A DNA stretch of 64,000 bases, from NCBI GenBank assembly GCA_040384765.1, contig JAZKIQ010000004.1, forward strand, positions 58,252 through 122,251, in the 5' to 3' direction. Source of the stretch: Patescibacteria group bacterium. Lineage in GTDB: Bacteria; Patescibacteriota; Minisyncoccia; Phycocordibacterales; JBBUBG01. Positions 56,466 through 64,000 of this stretch are shown here, one piece after another. The position numbers and the translations under genes were made by a program. Position 1 is the first letter of the stretch. Each line of letters starts with the position of its first letter. Under the pieces are notes generated by a model, which did not search any database, was not told the origin of the DNA, and saw only the letters and a program-made list of their open reading frames with translations.

Positions 56466-56747
56466 GTGAGTGCAGCTCGAAATAATTCTTATTACGAGCA
56501 ACACCTTCATGAAGAATTGTGCACAAGGGTCCTTGGTTTACCTCGGACCTTTCGTGTTTACAGGCACTTCATGTATACTCTCTGGCGTGGGTCGTCTTTT
56601 GGCATAGGTCACGGCGACACTCACATTCACAATTTTTTATGGAGGCTTGTCCCGTGGCCTTTGCCGCGAGATGACCGACAGAAGAAAAAGAAAAAATCCG
56701 CGCAAGCGGATTTTTTCTTTTGTATTTCCGGTAAGAATGAGCATTAA
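56466..56747 (+). CDS. possible small hypothetical protein
   Basis: TTGTTC-17-TATACT lies 6 nt before the GTG, but the ORF reads through a terminator-like hairpin at 56686-56721. Confidence 0.3.
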   Translation: MSAARNNSYYEQHLHEELCTRVLGLPRTFRVYRHFMYTLWRGSSFGIGHGDTHIHNFLWRLVPWPLPRDDRQKKKKKSAQADFFFCISGKNEH

Positions 56748-56910
56748 AAAATTTCGAGCATCTGCAGTCAGTTTTTAAAAGAAAGGAGATATGATTTCCG
56801 AAAATAGTGGTCGCACTACACGAAGTGAGTGCGGGAACCGCTTTTATTTTCGAGAAATCAGAGCGACAATTCTTTTTTAAATGACGAAGCCGCGAGAAAT
56901 TTTTTAATGC
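56741..56910. repeat. 170-nt rod-like fold-back element
   Basis: Nested stems GCATTAAAAAATTTC/GAAATTTTTTAATGC, TGATTTC/GAAATCA, CGAAAATA/TATTTTCG and CGCACT/AGTGCG. Confidence 0.75.
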
Positions 56911-57035
56911 GAATGAAGTTTATCCACACTTTTCTGTAAAAAAATATTGTATGCATCGTCATCATGGTCGATAATGAATGCATGGAGGTGACAACTGGTC
57001 GACGTCACCGAATGCATAAACGAATGATACGAAAC

Positions 57036-57098
57036 ATGGCAAAGAAAAAGGCAATGAAGAAGAAGGCAGCAAAGAAGACAACAAAGAAGCGCCAGTAA
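57036..57098 (+). CDS. Lys/Ala-rich micro-protein MAKKKAMKKKAAKKTTKKRQ (an in-frame ATG at 56982 would give 38 aa)
   Basis: Histone-H1-tail-like composition; promoter-like TTGTAT-17-GATAAT upstream and a terminator directly downstream. Confidence 0.65.
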   Translation: MAKKKAMKKKAAKKTTKKRQ

Positions 57099-57110
57099 TT
57101 TGTTTTCTCT

Positions 57111-57144
57111 CAAAAAACTTTCCGGACATCCGGAAAGTTTTTTG
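57111..57144 (+). terminator. intrinsic terminator
   Basis: CAAAAAACTTTCCGG-ACAT-CCGGAAAGTTTTTTG. Confidence 0.85.
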
Positions 57145-57221
57145 TTTTCACTGAAGTAAGTGGAGGTTTTTATAGAGACTGTCTTTCAAACAAAAATGTG
57201 CTAAAATGCCTCTTTAAGAAT

Positions 57222-59768
57222 ATGTCTTTCCTTTCATCACTTTTTGGCACTTCTCCCGAGCGCGCTATGCGTCTCTATAGCCCGACCGTAGAGAAGATCA
57301 ATTCATATGAGGCAGGTCTTAAAGATCTGCCCGACTCTGCTTTCCCGGAGAAGACTGCTGAGCTCCGATCGCGCCTCGCAGATGGCGCTACCCTCGAAGA
57401 TATCCTCCCTGAGGCGTTTGCTCTCGTGCGAGAGGCTGCGGTGCGCACGCTCGGACAGCGTCACTACGATGTGCAGCTGATCGGTGGCATCGTGCTCCAT
57501 CAGGGCAAGATTGCTGAGATGCGCACGGGAGAGGGAAAGACTCTCGTTGCTACGCTTCCGGTATATCTCAACGCACTTACAAAAAAAGGAGTGCACGTGA
57601 TCACCGTCAACGACTATCTCGCTCGTCGAGATGCCGTCTGGATGGGTCAGGTGTATGCATTCCTCGGTCTTTCGACATCGGTGCTCAATCATGAGTCATC
57701 GTTTCTGTACGACCCATCGCACAAAGAGCTCGATGAAAAACGCGACGAGACGGCATCGTTTAAGATTGTGTACGAATTCATGCGCCCCTGCACCCGTCGT
57801 GAAGCGTACCAGTCTGATATTACGTATGGTACAAACCACGAATACGGATTTGATTATTTGCGCGACAACCTAGCCTACGGAGAGTCGGGTCTCTCGCAAG
57901 TGTCTCCCAGTTCTACCGACGCGAGCGGCAATCATCACTTTGCTGTAGTCGATGAGATCGACTCTATCCTTATCGACGAGGCTCGCACGCCACTTATTAT
58001 TTCTGCCCCCGTTGCTGAGAGTGAGTCGCTGTATAAGACATTTGCTGATATCGCCACCAAGCTTCTGCCAGAGAAGCATTATGCGATCGACGAAAAGCTT
58101 CGTGCTATCACCCTTACCGAAGAGGGCATCGAGACAGCTGAGAAGATCCTGGGCGTAGATAACATCTATACCGACAAGGGGATCAAGTACGTTCATCATC
58201 TCGAGACTGCCGTGCGTGCCCGGGCGCTCTTTCACCTTGATAAGGAGTATGTCGTAAAAGAGGGTGAGGTGGTCATTGTTGACCAGTCGACAGGTCGCCT
58301 TCAGCCGGGGCGGCGCTGGAGCGAGGGGCTTCATCAGGCGATCGAAGCCAAGGAGGGGGTTTACGTCAAAGAAGAGTCGCGTACCTACGCCTCGATCTCG
58401 TTTCAAAACTATTTTCGCCTCTACAAAAAGCTTGCTGGCATGACCGGTACGGCGCTTACCTCGGCAGAGGAGTTTACCAAAGTGTATCGCTTGGAGGTGG
58501 TGCCGGTGCCGACGCATCGTTCGGTTGCGCGAGATGACCTCGATGATTTTATTTTCCAAACTGAGATGGGAAAGTATTCTGCCATCGCAAAAAAGATCAA
58601 GGAGGTGAATCTTCTGGGTCAACCAGTCCTTGTGGGAACGATCTCGATTGAAAAGAACGAGCTTCTTTCGCAGTTTCTCTCCCGCGAAGGGGTGAAGCAC
58701 GAAATTTTGAATGCAAAAAATCATGAACGTGAAGGTGAGATCATTGCAAACGCTGGACGAAAAGGGGCGGTGACCATTGCGACCAACATGGCGGGTCGCG
58801 GTGTGGATATCAAGCTTGGCGGCGCTCTCGCAAAGGAAGATGCCTACAGCGAAGTTCGATCGCTGGGCGGCCTTTTCGTGCTTGGCACCGAGCGGCACGA
58901 AGCACGCCGTATCGATAACCAGCTTCGTGGGCGCTCTGGTCGCCAAGGCGATCCAGGAGCCACGCAGTTTTTCCTCTCGCTCGAAGATTCCCTCATGCGC
59001 GTGTTTGCGTCGGACACTGTGAAGAGCTTGATGGGGAAGCTAGGCATTCCAGAAGACGAGCCGATTCAGAATCGTCTTGTGTCGCGATCGATAGAGTCCG
59101 CGCAGGAAAAGATCGAAGGGTTTCATTTTGATGCACGAAAGCATCTTCTTGAATACGACGACGTAATGAACCATCAGCGCAAGATTATCTATGAGCGCCG
59201 CAGAAAGATTTTGCTTGGAACATACGACTATCTTGAGGAGTTTCTCACTTCGATCACTGATGAAAACGATACCGAGTTTCAGGCAATGCTTGGTGGCAAA
59301 AAGGATGCTATGGGACGCGAGAAGTTTTTGGATATGGTACGTAGCCTGACCCTGCAGTGTATCGACATGTACTGGGTAGAGCATCTCGAGGCGATGGATC
59401 ACCTCCAGCAGTCTGTACGGCTGCGTGCCTATGGCCAGCGTGATCCGCTGGTAGAGTACAAGCGTGAAGGTCTCGGGCTCTTTAAAAATCTTGAGTCGAG
59501 TATTTTTGCAGAAGTGGTGCGCCTGTTGCCGGGGCTTGGGGTTGAGCTTGCAAAGAGCGATGCCCAGACGCAAAAACTCGAAGAGGTGCATGCTCAAGCG
59601 GTGCTGATCGGCGGATCAAATACGGGAAATGTTGAGGACAAGGGGAGCGATGCGGAGCCCGGCCTCGGAAGGAATGACCTGTGTCCATGCGGCTCTGGCA
59701 AAAAATATAAGCATTGCGGGCTCAAGGAGACCGAAGAACACAAGCGACTGATTGAGGAGAAGGCGTAG
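57222..59768 (+). CDS. secA: preprotein translocase subunit SecA
   Basis: EMRTGEGKT, VDEIDSILIDEARTP, QLRGRSGRQGDPG and the SEC-C motif GRNDLCPCGSGKKYKHC. Confidence 0.99.
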   Translation: MSFLSSLFGTSPERAMRLYSPTVEKINSYEAGLKDLPDSAFPEKTAELRSRLADGATLEDILPEAFALVREAAVRTLGQRHYDVQLIGGIVLHQGKIAEMRTGEGKTLVATLPVYLNALTKKGVHVITVNDYLARRDAVWMGQVYAFLGLSTSVLNHESSFLYDPSHKELDEKRDETASFKIVYEFMRPCTRREAYQSDITYGTNHEYGFDYLRDNLAYGESGLSQVSPSSTDASGNHHFAVVDEIDSILIDEARTPLIISAPVAESESLYKTFADIATKLLPEKHYAIDEKLRAITLTEEGIETAEKILGVDNIYTDKGIKYVHHLETAVRARALFHLDKEYVVKEGEVVIVDQSTGRLQPGRRWSEGLHQAIEAKEGVYVKEESRTYASISFQNYFRLYKKLAGMTGTALTSAEEFTKVYRLEVVPVPTHRSVARDDLDDFIFQTEMGKYSAIAKKIKEVNLLGQPVLVGTISIEKNELLSQFLSREGVKHEILNAKNHEREGEIIANAGRKGAVTIATNMAGRGVDIKLGGALAKEDAYSEVRSLGGLFVLGTERHEARRIDNQLRGRSGRQGDPGATQFFLSLEDSLMRVFASDTVKSLMGKLGIPEDEPIQNRLVSRSIESAQEKIEGFHFDARKHLLEYDDVMNHQRKIIYERRRKILLGTYDYLEEFLTSITDENDTEFQAMLGGKKDAMGREKFLDMVRSLTLQCIDMYWVEHLEAMDHLQQSVRLRAYGQRDPLVEYKREGLGLFKNLESSIFAEVVRLLPGLGVELAKSDAQTQKLEEVHAQAVLIGGSNTGNVEDKGSDAEPGLGRNDLCPCGSGKKYKHCGLKETEEHKRLIEEKA

Positions 59769-59798
59769 GACCAACCAGAGATATAATCACGTACCACC

Positions 59799-60512
59799 AT
59801 GGAACTCAACCGATATGCGACACAGGAGGAGACGCAAAAGGCTGCTACAGCAGCTCTAAACGAGCTACTTCGCACGCGGAGCGGTTTGCCGACCCTTTTT
59901 CTCGGAGTGGGGGGTTCGTCGCTCGCGCTACTCGACGGGGTTGACCTCGCTCTTGTTGGCCCGCATCTCATGTTTGGTCTTGCAGATGATCGTTTTAGCC
60001 CAGACCCGAAGGTGAACAACTTTTCGTCGGCAAAGGCTGGCGCGTGGTACCCGAAGTGGGTCGAAGCGGGTGTCGGTATAATCGACTCCACGGTCTCAGG
60101 CGGCGAGAGCTTGCAGGCTTTTGCGACACGCATCGAGAGTGCGATTAAAAAGTGGCGGGAGGATCATCCCGATGGAATGATCATTATGACCCAAGGCGTT
60201 GGCCCCGACGGCCATACACAAGGGATCATGCCGTTTCCTGAAAACCCTGCTCGCTTCAACGAACTCTTTCTGAACACCGAGCGATGGTATACCGATTATG
60301 ATGCTACTGGCAAGAACCCGCATCCGCTGCGAGGTACCGTCACAGCCTCTTTTTTGCGCACGGAAGTAGCCGAGTCGATTGTATATATGACAGGGGAGGC
60401 AAAGCGCGATGCTCTCGAGCGCATTCTTTCTTCCGAGGGAACTCTCGCGGAAACCCCCGCACGCATTATTCGTGAAATGCCTGCTGTCACGATCTATACC
60501 GATATTAGATGA
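59799..60512 (+). CDS. 6-phosphogluconolactonase/NagB-like protein
   Basis: GGSS, DDRFS, GVGPDGHT and TGEAKR. Confidence 0.75.
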   Translation: MELNRYATQEETQKAATAALNELLRTRSGLPTLFLGVGGSSLALLDGVDLALVGPHLMFGLADDRFSPDPKVNNFSSAKAGAWYPKWVEAGVGIIDSTVSGGESLQAFATRIESAIKKWREDHPDGMIIMTQGVGPDGHTQGIMPFPENPARFNELFLNTERWYTDYDATGKNPHPLRGTVTASFLRTEVAESIVYMTGEAKRDALERILSSEGTLAETPARIIREMPAVTIYTDIR

Positions 60513-61267
60513 TCGTAGAGTCAATAAAAACTCGGCTTTTGGTGCCGCCGAAAGATGACCTCTTGTCGGCGATTTTTGACTCGATCCCAGCTCTCCCTGA
60601 AAAATCAGTTCTTGCGGTCACCTCGAAGGTGGTAAGTATCTGGCAGGGGAGGTGCGTGTCCGCTTCCTCTGTTGTTGATAAGGATGAGTTGATCAAGAAA
60701 GAGGCGGATCGCTATCTGCCCCGAGGGTTTGCCTCGAACAGACTCGTGATGCATACGGAGAAGAACGGCTTCTTTATACCGACTGCTGGCATCGATGAGA
60801 GCAATGCCGATGGCTACTACATATTGTGGCCCGAGCATCCAGGGCGCTTGGCAGAAGAGATTCGGGCGGCGTGCATGAAGCACTATGGGGTATCGGCGCT
60901 CGGTGTGGTGGTTACCGACTCTCATTCGGTTCCACGGCGGCGCGGCACGGTGGGTGTGTCCCTTGGGCATGCTGGCTTTGCGCCGCTCCACGACTACCGC
61001 GAAACCCCCGACCTCTTTGGGCGTATCCTCAAAATAACGATGCTCAATGTGGCAGACTCTATCGCCTCTGCCGCTGTGCTTGCCATGGGTGAGGGTACCG
61101 AAAGGACCCCTCTCGCACTTCTCTCGGGAGTGCCCTTTGTCGATTTTGAGCACGGCGAATCAGATAAAAAGTACGGCTCGTTTGAAGTGCCGAAAGACGA
61201 GGATCTTTACGCTCCATTTTTTGAAAGTGCGCCTTGGGAGGAAGGTGAGGGTGGCTTGCGAATATAG
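60509..61267 (+). CDS. CofE-family gamma-glutamyl ligase
   Basis: VTSKVVS, AGIDESN, VVTDSH, PDLFGR and MGEGTERTP. Confidence 0.9.
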   Translation: MIVESIKTRLLVPPKDDLLSAIFDSIPALPEKSVLAVTSKVVSIWQGRCVSASSVVDKDELIKKEADRYLPRGFASNRLVMHTEKNGFFIPTAGIDESNADGYYILWPEHPGRLAEEIRAACMKHYGVSALGVVVTDSHSVPRRRGTVGVSLGHAGFAPLHDYRETPDLFGRILKITMLNVADSIASAAVLAMGEGTERTPLALLSGVPFVDFEHGESDKKYGSFEVPKDEDLYAPFFESAPWEEGEGGLRI

Positions 61268-61285
61268 AAAGGGTATACTTATACC

Positions 61286-61975
61286 ATGAGCCACGTAGAG
61301 TCAGTACAGAAACTGTACGACGAGTGGGCCCCGCTTTATGACCTATCAACAAAGCGGAGTATTGCGTATCTCGTGGAAGATGGTATTTTCGCGGATGCCG
61401 TTGACCCCAAAAAGAGTGATCGGATTCTCGACCTAGGCAGCGGTACTGGCAGAACAGTCTCTCAGCTGCTTGGTTCTGGTGCGCATGTTGAGGGGATGGA
61501 CCTTTCCCGAAAGATGCTCGAAATAGCGCGTGAGAAGTTTCCAGCCATTACGTTTCATGAAGGAAATATCGAAGAGGGTCTTCCGGGCGCGGAAGGCTTT
61601 TTTTCTAAAATAACGAGTTCGCTGACATTTCAGTTTGTGCAGTATGCGGAAAAGGTGTTTACCGAAGCGCATAGGGTGCTCACTCCATCCGGCACCTTTT
61701 TCTTTACCGACTTTATTGCGGATGCTCCTCTCGAGTGGCCCTCAGTTGTGTACCGAGAGCCGAAGCTTTTTGCGGGTTCGATCGGCTCAATCTCTCGCTT
61801 TCGACGCCTCGTAGAGTATCTGGAGATGATCGACCACTCTGGGTTTCGACTTGTCGAGCTTCGTCCGCTTCGCGTGGGTGAGGAGTGTCGCGAGGTGCTC
61901 ACTCCCGACTCTTTTGAGAAAGTGGTGGACAAATGGGCGAGTCTCTTGTTTGTTCTCAAGAAAAAAGAACGGTAA
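61286..61975 (+). CDS. class I SAM-dependent methyltransferase
   Basis: ILDLGSGTG and GMDLSRKMLEIAR. Confidence 0.92.
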   Translation: MSHVESVQKLYDEWAPLYDLSTKRSIAYLVEDGIFADAVDPKKSDRILDLGSGTGRTVSQLLGSGAHVEGMDLSRKMLEIAREKFPAITFHEGNIEEGLPGAEGFFSKITSSLTFQFVQYAEKVFTEAHRVLTPSGTFFFTDFIADAPLEWPSVVYREPKLFAGSIGSISRFRRLVEYLEMIDHSGFRLVELRPLRVGEECREVLTPDSFEKVVDKWASLLFVLKKKER

Positions 61976-62036
61976 GTTTTTTGCTGCGGAAAGATGTCCA
62001 CGGCCTCGAAAGATAACTCATGATACGATAAAGGAG

Positions 62037-62951
62037 ATGCGCACCTCGTTTGTTTCGCAAATCATTATTGTATTTCTTGCAAACCTCGGCCTTGCCTTGG
62101 TTATTCCGCCTGTCTCTATTCCGAACTTGGATTCGCTCCTCATGTCGTCCGCCTTTCTTTTCTCGGTTGTGTACGGCTTCGAGCTTTCTATGGTGCTTTC
62201 ACACTTCTCCGAACTCAAGCGCCAGCTCGCCATCGAAAATGCCGGACTCCTCTCCGTGCACCATCTTTCGGGAATTGTAGGAGGGCCCGTAGGGAAAAAA
62301 GTACAAGCGGCTGTCGAGACCTATATCATGGCTGCTATCGACCAGCCTCTCTCGGCGCATCTGCGTGTTGATAAGGAGTTTTTTGCAATCTGGAAACCGC
62401 TCGAGGACCTGGTAGAGGTGAAAGGGCAGGAGAAGGGGAGAGCACTTCAGTATTTAAACGAAGCACTGTACTACATGCCTCAGGCTCGCTCGCGCATTGC
62501 CGCCGCCGCGCCGCGTTTTGTAGATGCTCCCGTGTGGGCGATGTTGGGCGCTCTCGGGATTGTGCTCGCGGGGCTTATTTTCACAAGCCATGATGCCTCG
62601 CTCTTTTCGCTTGTCTCCGCTGCGCTTTTCGTCACGATCGTTTTTGGGGCACTGCTCCTTCTTGATGAGATCGACTCAAACCGCATCGAAGAAGCAAAGC
62701 TAGAGTACGAGCAGTTCAACGAGACGCTCGTCTCGCTTGGCTACCTGCGCTACTATCCTGAGTTTGCGCTTGCACAGGGGGTGGTTGTGCCATCTCGAGA
62801 TGCACGCTATCGAATTGGGGTGTTTCCGCACTATCCGTCTCTGGTGGGCCGCACTATCCACAAGGAGGGAGAAGAAAAAAGGGTTCGGACGGTTCGCACG
62901 CGGGCGGTCTCGAAAAAGCCCCAAGCGCCAAAACGGATAAAGAAAGTGTAG
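62037..62951 (+). CDS. 4-TM membrane protein (DUF4239/bestrophin-like topology)
   Basis: Two TM hairpins separated by a helical domain; family assignment is tentative. Confidence 0.7.
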   Translation: MRTSFVSQIIIVFLANLGLALVIPPVSIPNLDSLLMSSAFLFSVVYGFELSMVLSHFSELKRQLAIENAGLLSVHHLSGIVGGPVGKKVQAAVETYIMAAIDQPLSAHLRVDKEFFAIWKPLEDLVEVKGQEKGRALQYLNEALYYMPQARSRIAAAAPRFVDAPVWAMLGALGIVLAGLIFTSHDASLFSLVSAALFVTIVFGALLLLDEIDSNRIEEAKLEYEQFNETLVSLGYLRYYPEFALAQGVVVPSRDARYRIGVFPHYPSLVGRTIHKEGEEKRVRTVRTRAVSKKPQAPKRIKKV

Positions 62952-63036
62952 TTTCAGCACGCGCTCTTCTTCGCTGTGAGCCATCGCCACTCCTTCACAG
63001 GAGTGGCTTTTTGTGTTAAAAATAGTACCACTTCAT

Positions 63037-63453
63037 ATGGAGAATCTCTCTCGTCTATGGACCGATATTCTTGAATCACGCCTCGGCGCGCTCTTCTTTG
63101 GTGTACCCATGATGCGCAATTCGGCCTTGTACGCCCTTGTTTGGTCGGGGTATGTTCTGCTCGCGTCGATCGATTCGGCGTTTCGAGGGGAGCTCCCTCA
63201 TGAGCTATGGCTTGCTACCGCAGGGCTTCCTCTTTTTATAGGCAACCTTCTTCCCTTTAAGAGCTTTGTAGCCGGGGCAGATCCGGAGGATACGCTCATC
63301 TTGCTCTACACTCTTGTGCCACTCCTCCTGTGGGTCATCTCCTTTGGGATTATCCACGGACTTTTTTTCTTTTTTGCCGCCCTCAACTCGGAGGCAGAGC
63401 GCCGCGTCATTATCTTCGAAACAGCTCGAGAGGCAGTAGCAAGTCCTGTTTAG
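63037..63453 (+). CDS. hypothetical membrane protein
   Basis: 3-4 hydrophobic segments. Confidence 0.65.
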   Translation: MENLSRLWTDILESRLGALFFGVPMMRNSALYALVWSGYVLLASIDSAFRGELPHELWLATAGLPLFIGNLLPFKSFVAGADPEDTLILLYTLVPLLLWVISFGIIHGLFFFFAALNSEAERRVIIFETAREAVASPV

Positions 63454-63471
63454 GAGAGAGAAAAAAAGAGG

Positions 63472-63557
63472 GTTGACCCCGATAGAAACCATCCCCGCAT
63501 CTCGTCTTGCAGCAGGACGAAATGCGCCCGCAGCGGGCTGTTTCTAACGGGGTTGAC
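63472..63557. repeat. three-way-junction REP-like element
   Basis: GTTGACCCCGATAGAAAC/GTTTCTAACGGGGTTGAC enclosing two hairpins. Confidence 0.75.
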
Positions 63558-63581
63558 TTTTACCTAAAAGGGGTGTATATT
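63553..63581 (+). promoter_or_regulatory. promoter of the RRM gene
   Basis: TTGACT-17 nt-TATATT. Confidence 0.7.
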
Positions 63582-63669
63582 AGCTGCAATTGTAAGTTTT
63601 CTCGAGCGCGTCGCCGTAAGGAGAGATGAGCGAGAGGGTCGCCTTACAGTTTTAGTAGATAGTATCCAA

Positions 63670-64000
63670 ATGGCTACACGATTGTACGTTGGCGGATTGC
63701 CGTACTCGACCACTGAAGACTCGCTTCGCGCAGCTTTTGCGCAGGCAGGCGCAGTGACGTCGGCAACCATCATCATGGACAAGATGACCGGCCGTTCCAA
63801 GGGTTTTGGTTTCGTCGAAATGGGATCTGATGCAGATTCCCAGAAGGCGATCGAAATGTGGAATGGTAAGGAATTCGAAGGCCGCCGCCTTACCGTGAAC
63901 GAAGCTCGCCCAATGGAAGCTCGCCCTCCACGAACAGGTGGAAATGGTGGAGGCTATGGGGGAGGTTCTTCTTTCGGTGGAAATGGTGGAGGTGGAAACC
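63670..64000 (+). CDS. RRM-domain RNA-binding protein with a Gly-rich tail (truncated by the window end)
   Basis: RNP2 LYVGGL, RNP1 KGFGFVEM and LTVNEARP. Confidence 0.93.
   Translation, partial: MATRLYVGGLPYSTTEDSLRAAFAQAGAVTSATIIMDKMTGRSKGFGFVEMGSDADSQKAIEMWNGKEFEGRRLTVNEARPMEARPPRTGGNGGGYGGGSSFGGNGGGGN

Noticed and set aside
17442-56928. DnaA boxes at 17442-17450 and 56920-56928 as oriC
   Set aside because: They are isolated single boxes, with no cluster and no dnaA/dnaN nearby.
57870-58946. 358-aa minus-strand ORF (similar shadows at 42934-43623 and 52619-53278)
   Set aside because: These are antisense to secA, tuf and rpsC and are explained by codon bias.

Overview
Chromosomal window from a small-genome bacterium that is very probably Patescibacteria/CPR (Parcubacteria-like). 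The assignment rests on a PPIase-less trigger factor, HQLR[ST]P histidine kinases, an extended S19, GW[ILV]SF-repeat proteins and a PG-binding surface protein. Contents: alr; a two-component locus whose larger kinase has four tandem 7TM sensor modules; hup, rny, clpP, tig and nusA; a type IV pilus locus preceded by a secreted phage-tail-fibre-like protein; tpiA, pgk, recJ, rnhA, a split comEC and rpmB; a str/S10/spc ribosomal cluster broken by insertions and lacking rpmC (L29) at its usual place; secA; a CofE-like ligase; and an RRM protein cut by the window end. No tRNA, rRNA, CRISPR array or transposase was seen. The main unexplained signal is non-coding: about 13 long (70-190 nt) intergenic fold-back elements in several families. 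Some have a conserved core inside copy-specific perfect inverted arms, and several have tandem G.A zipper loops resembling plasmid primosome-assembly sites. Three inverted 7-mer tandem arrays and many leaderless-type promoters are also present. All calls come from reading the sequence by eye; no searches were run.
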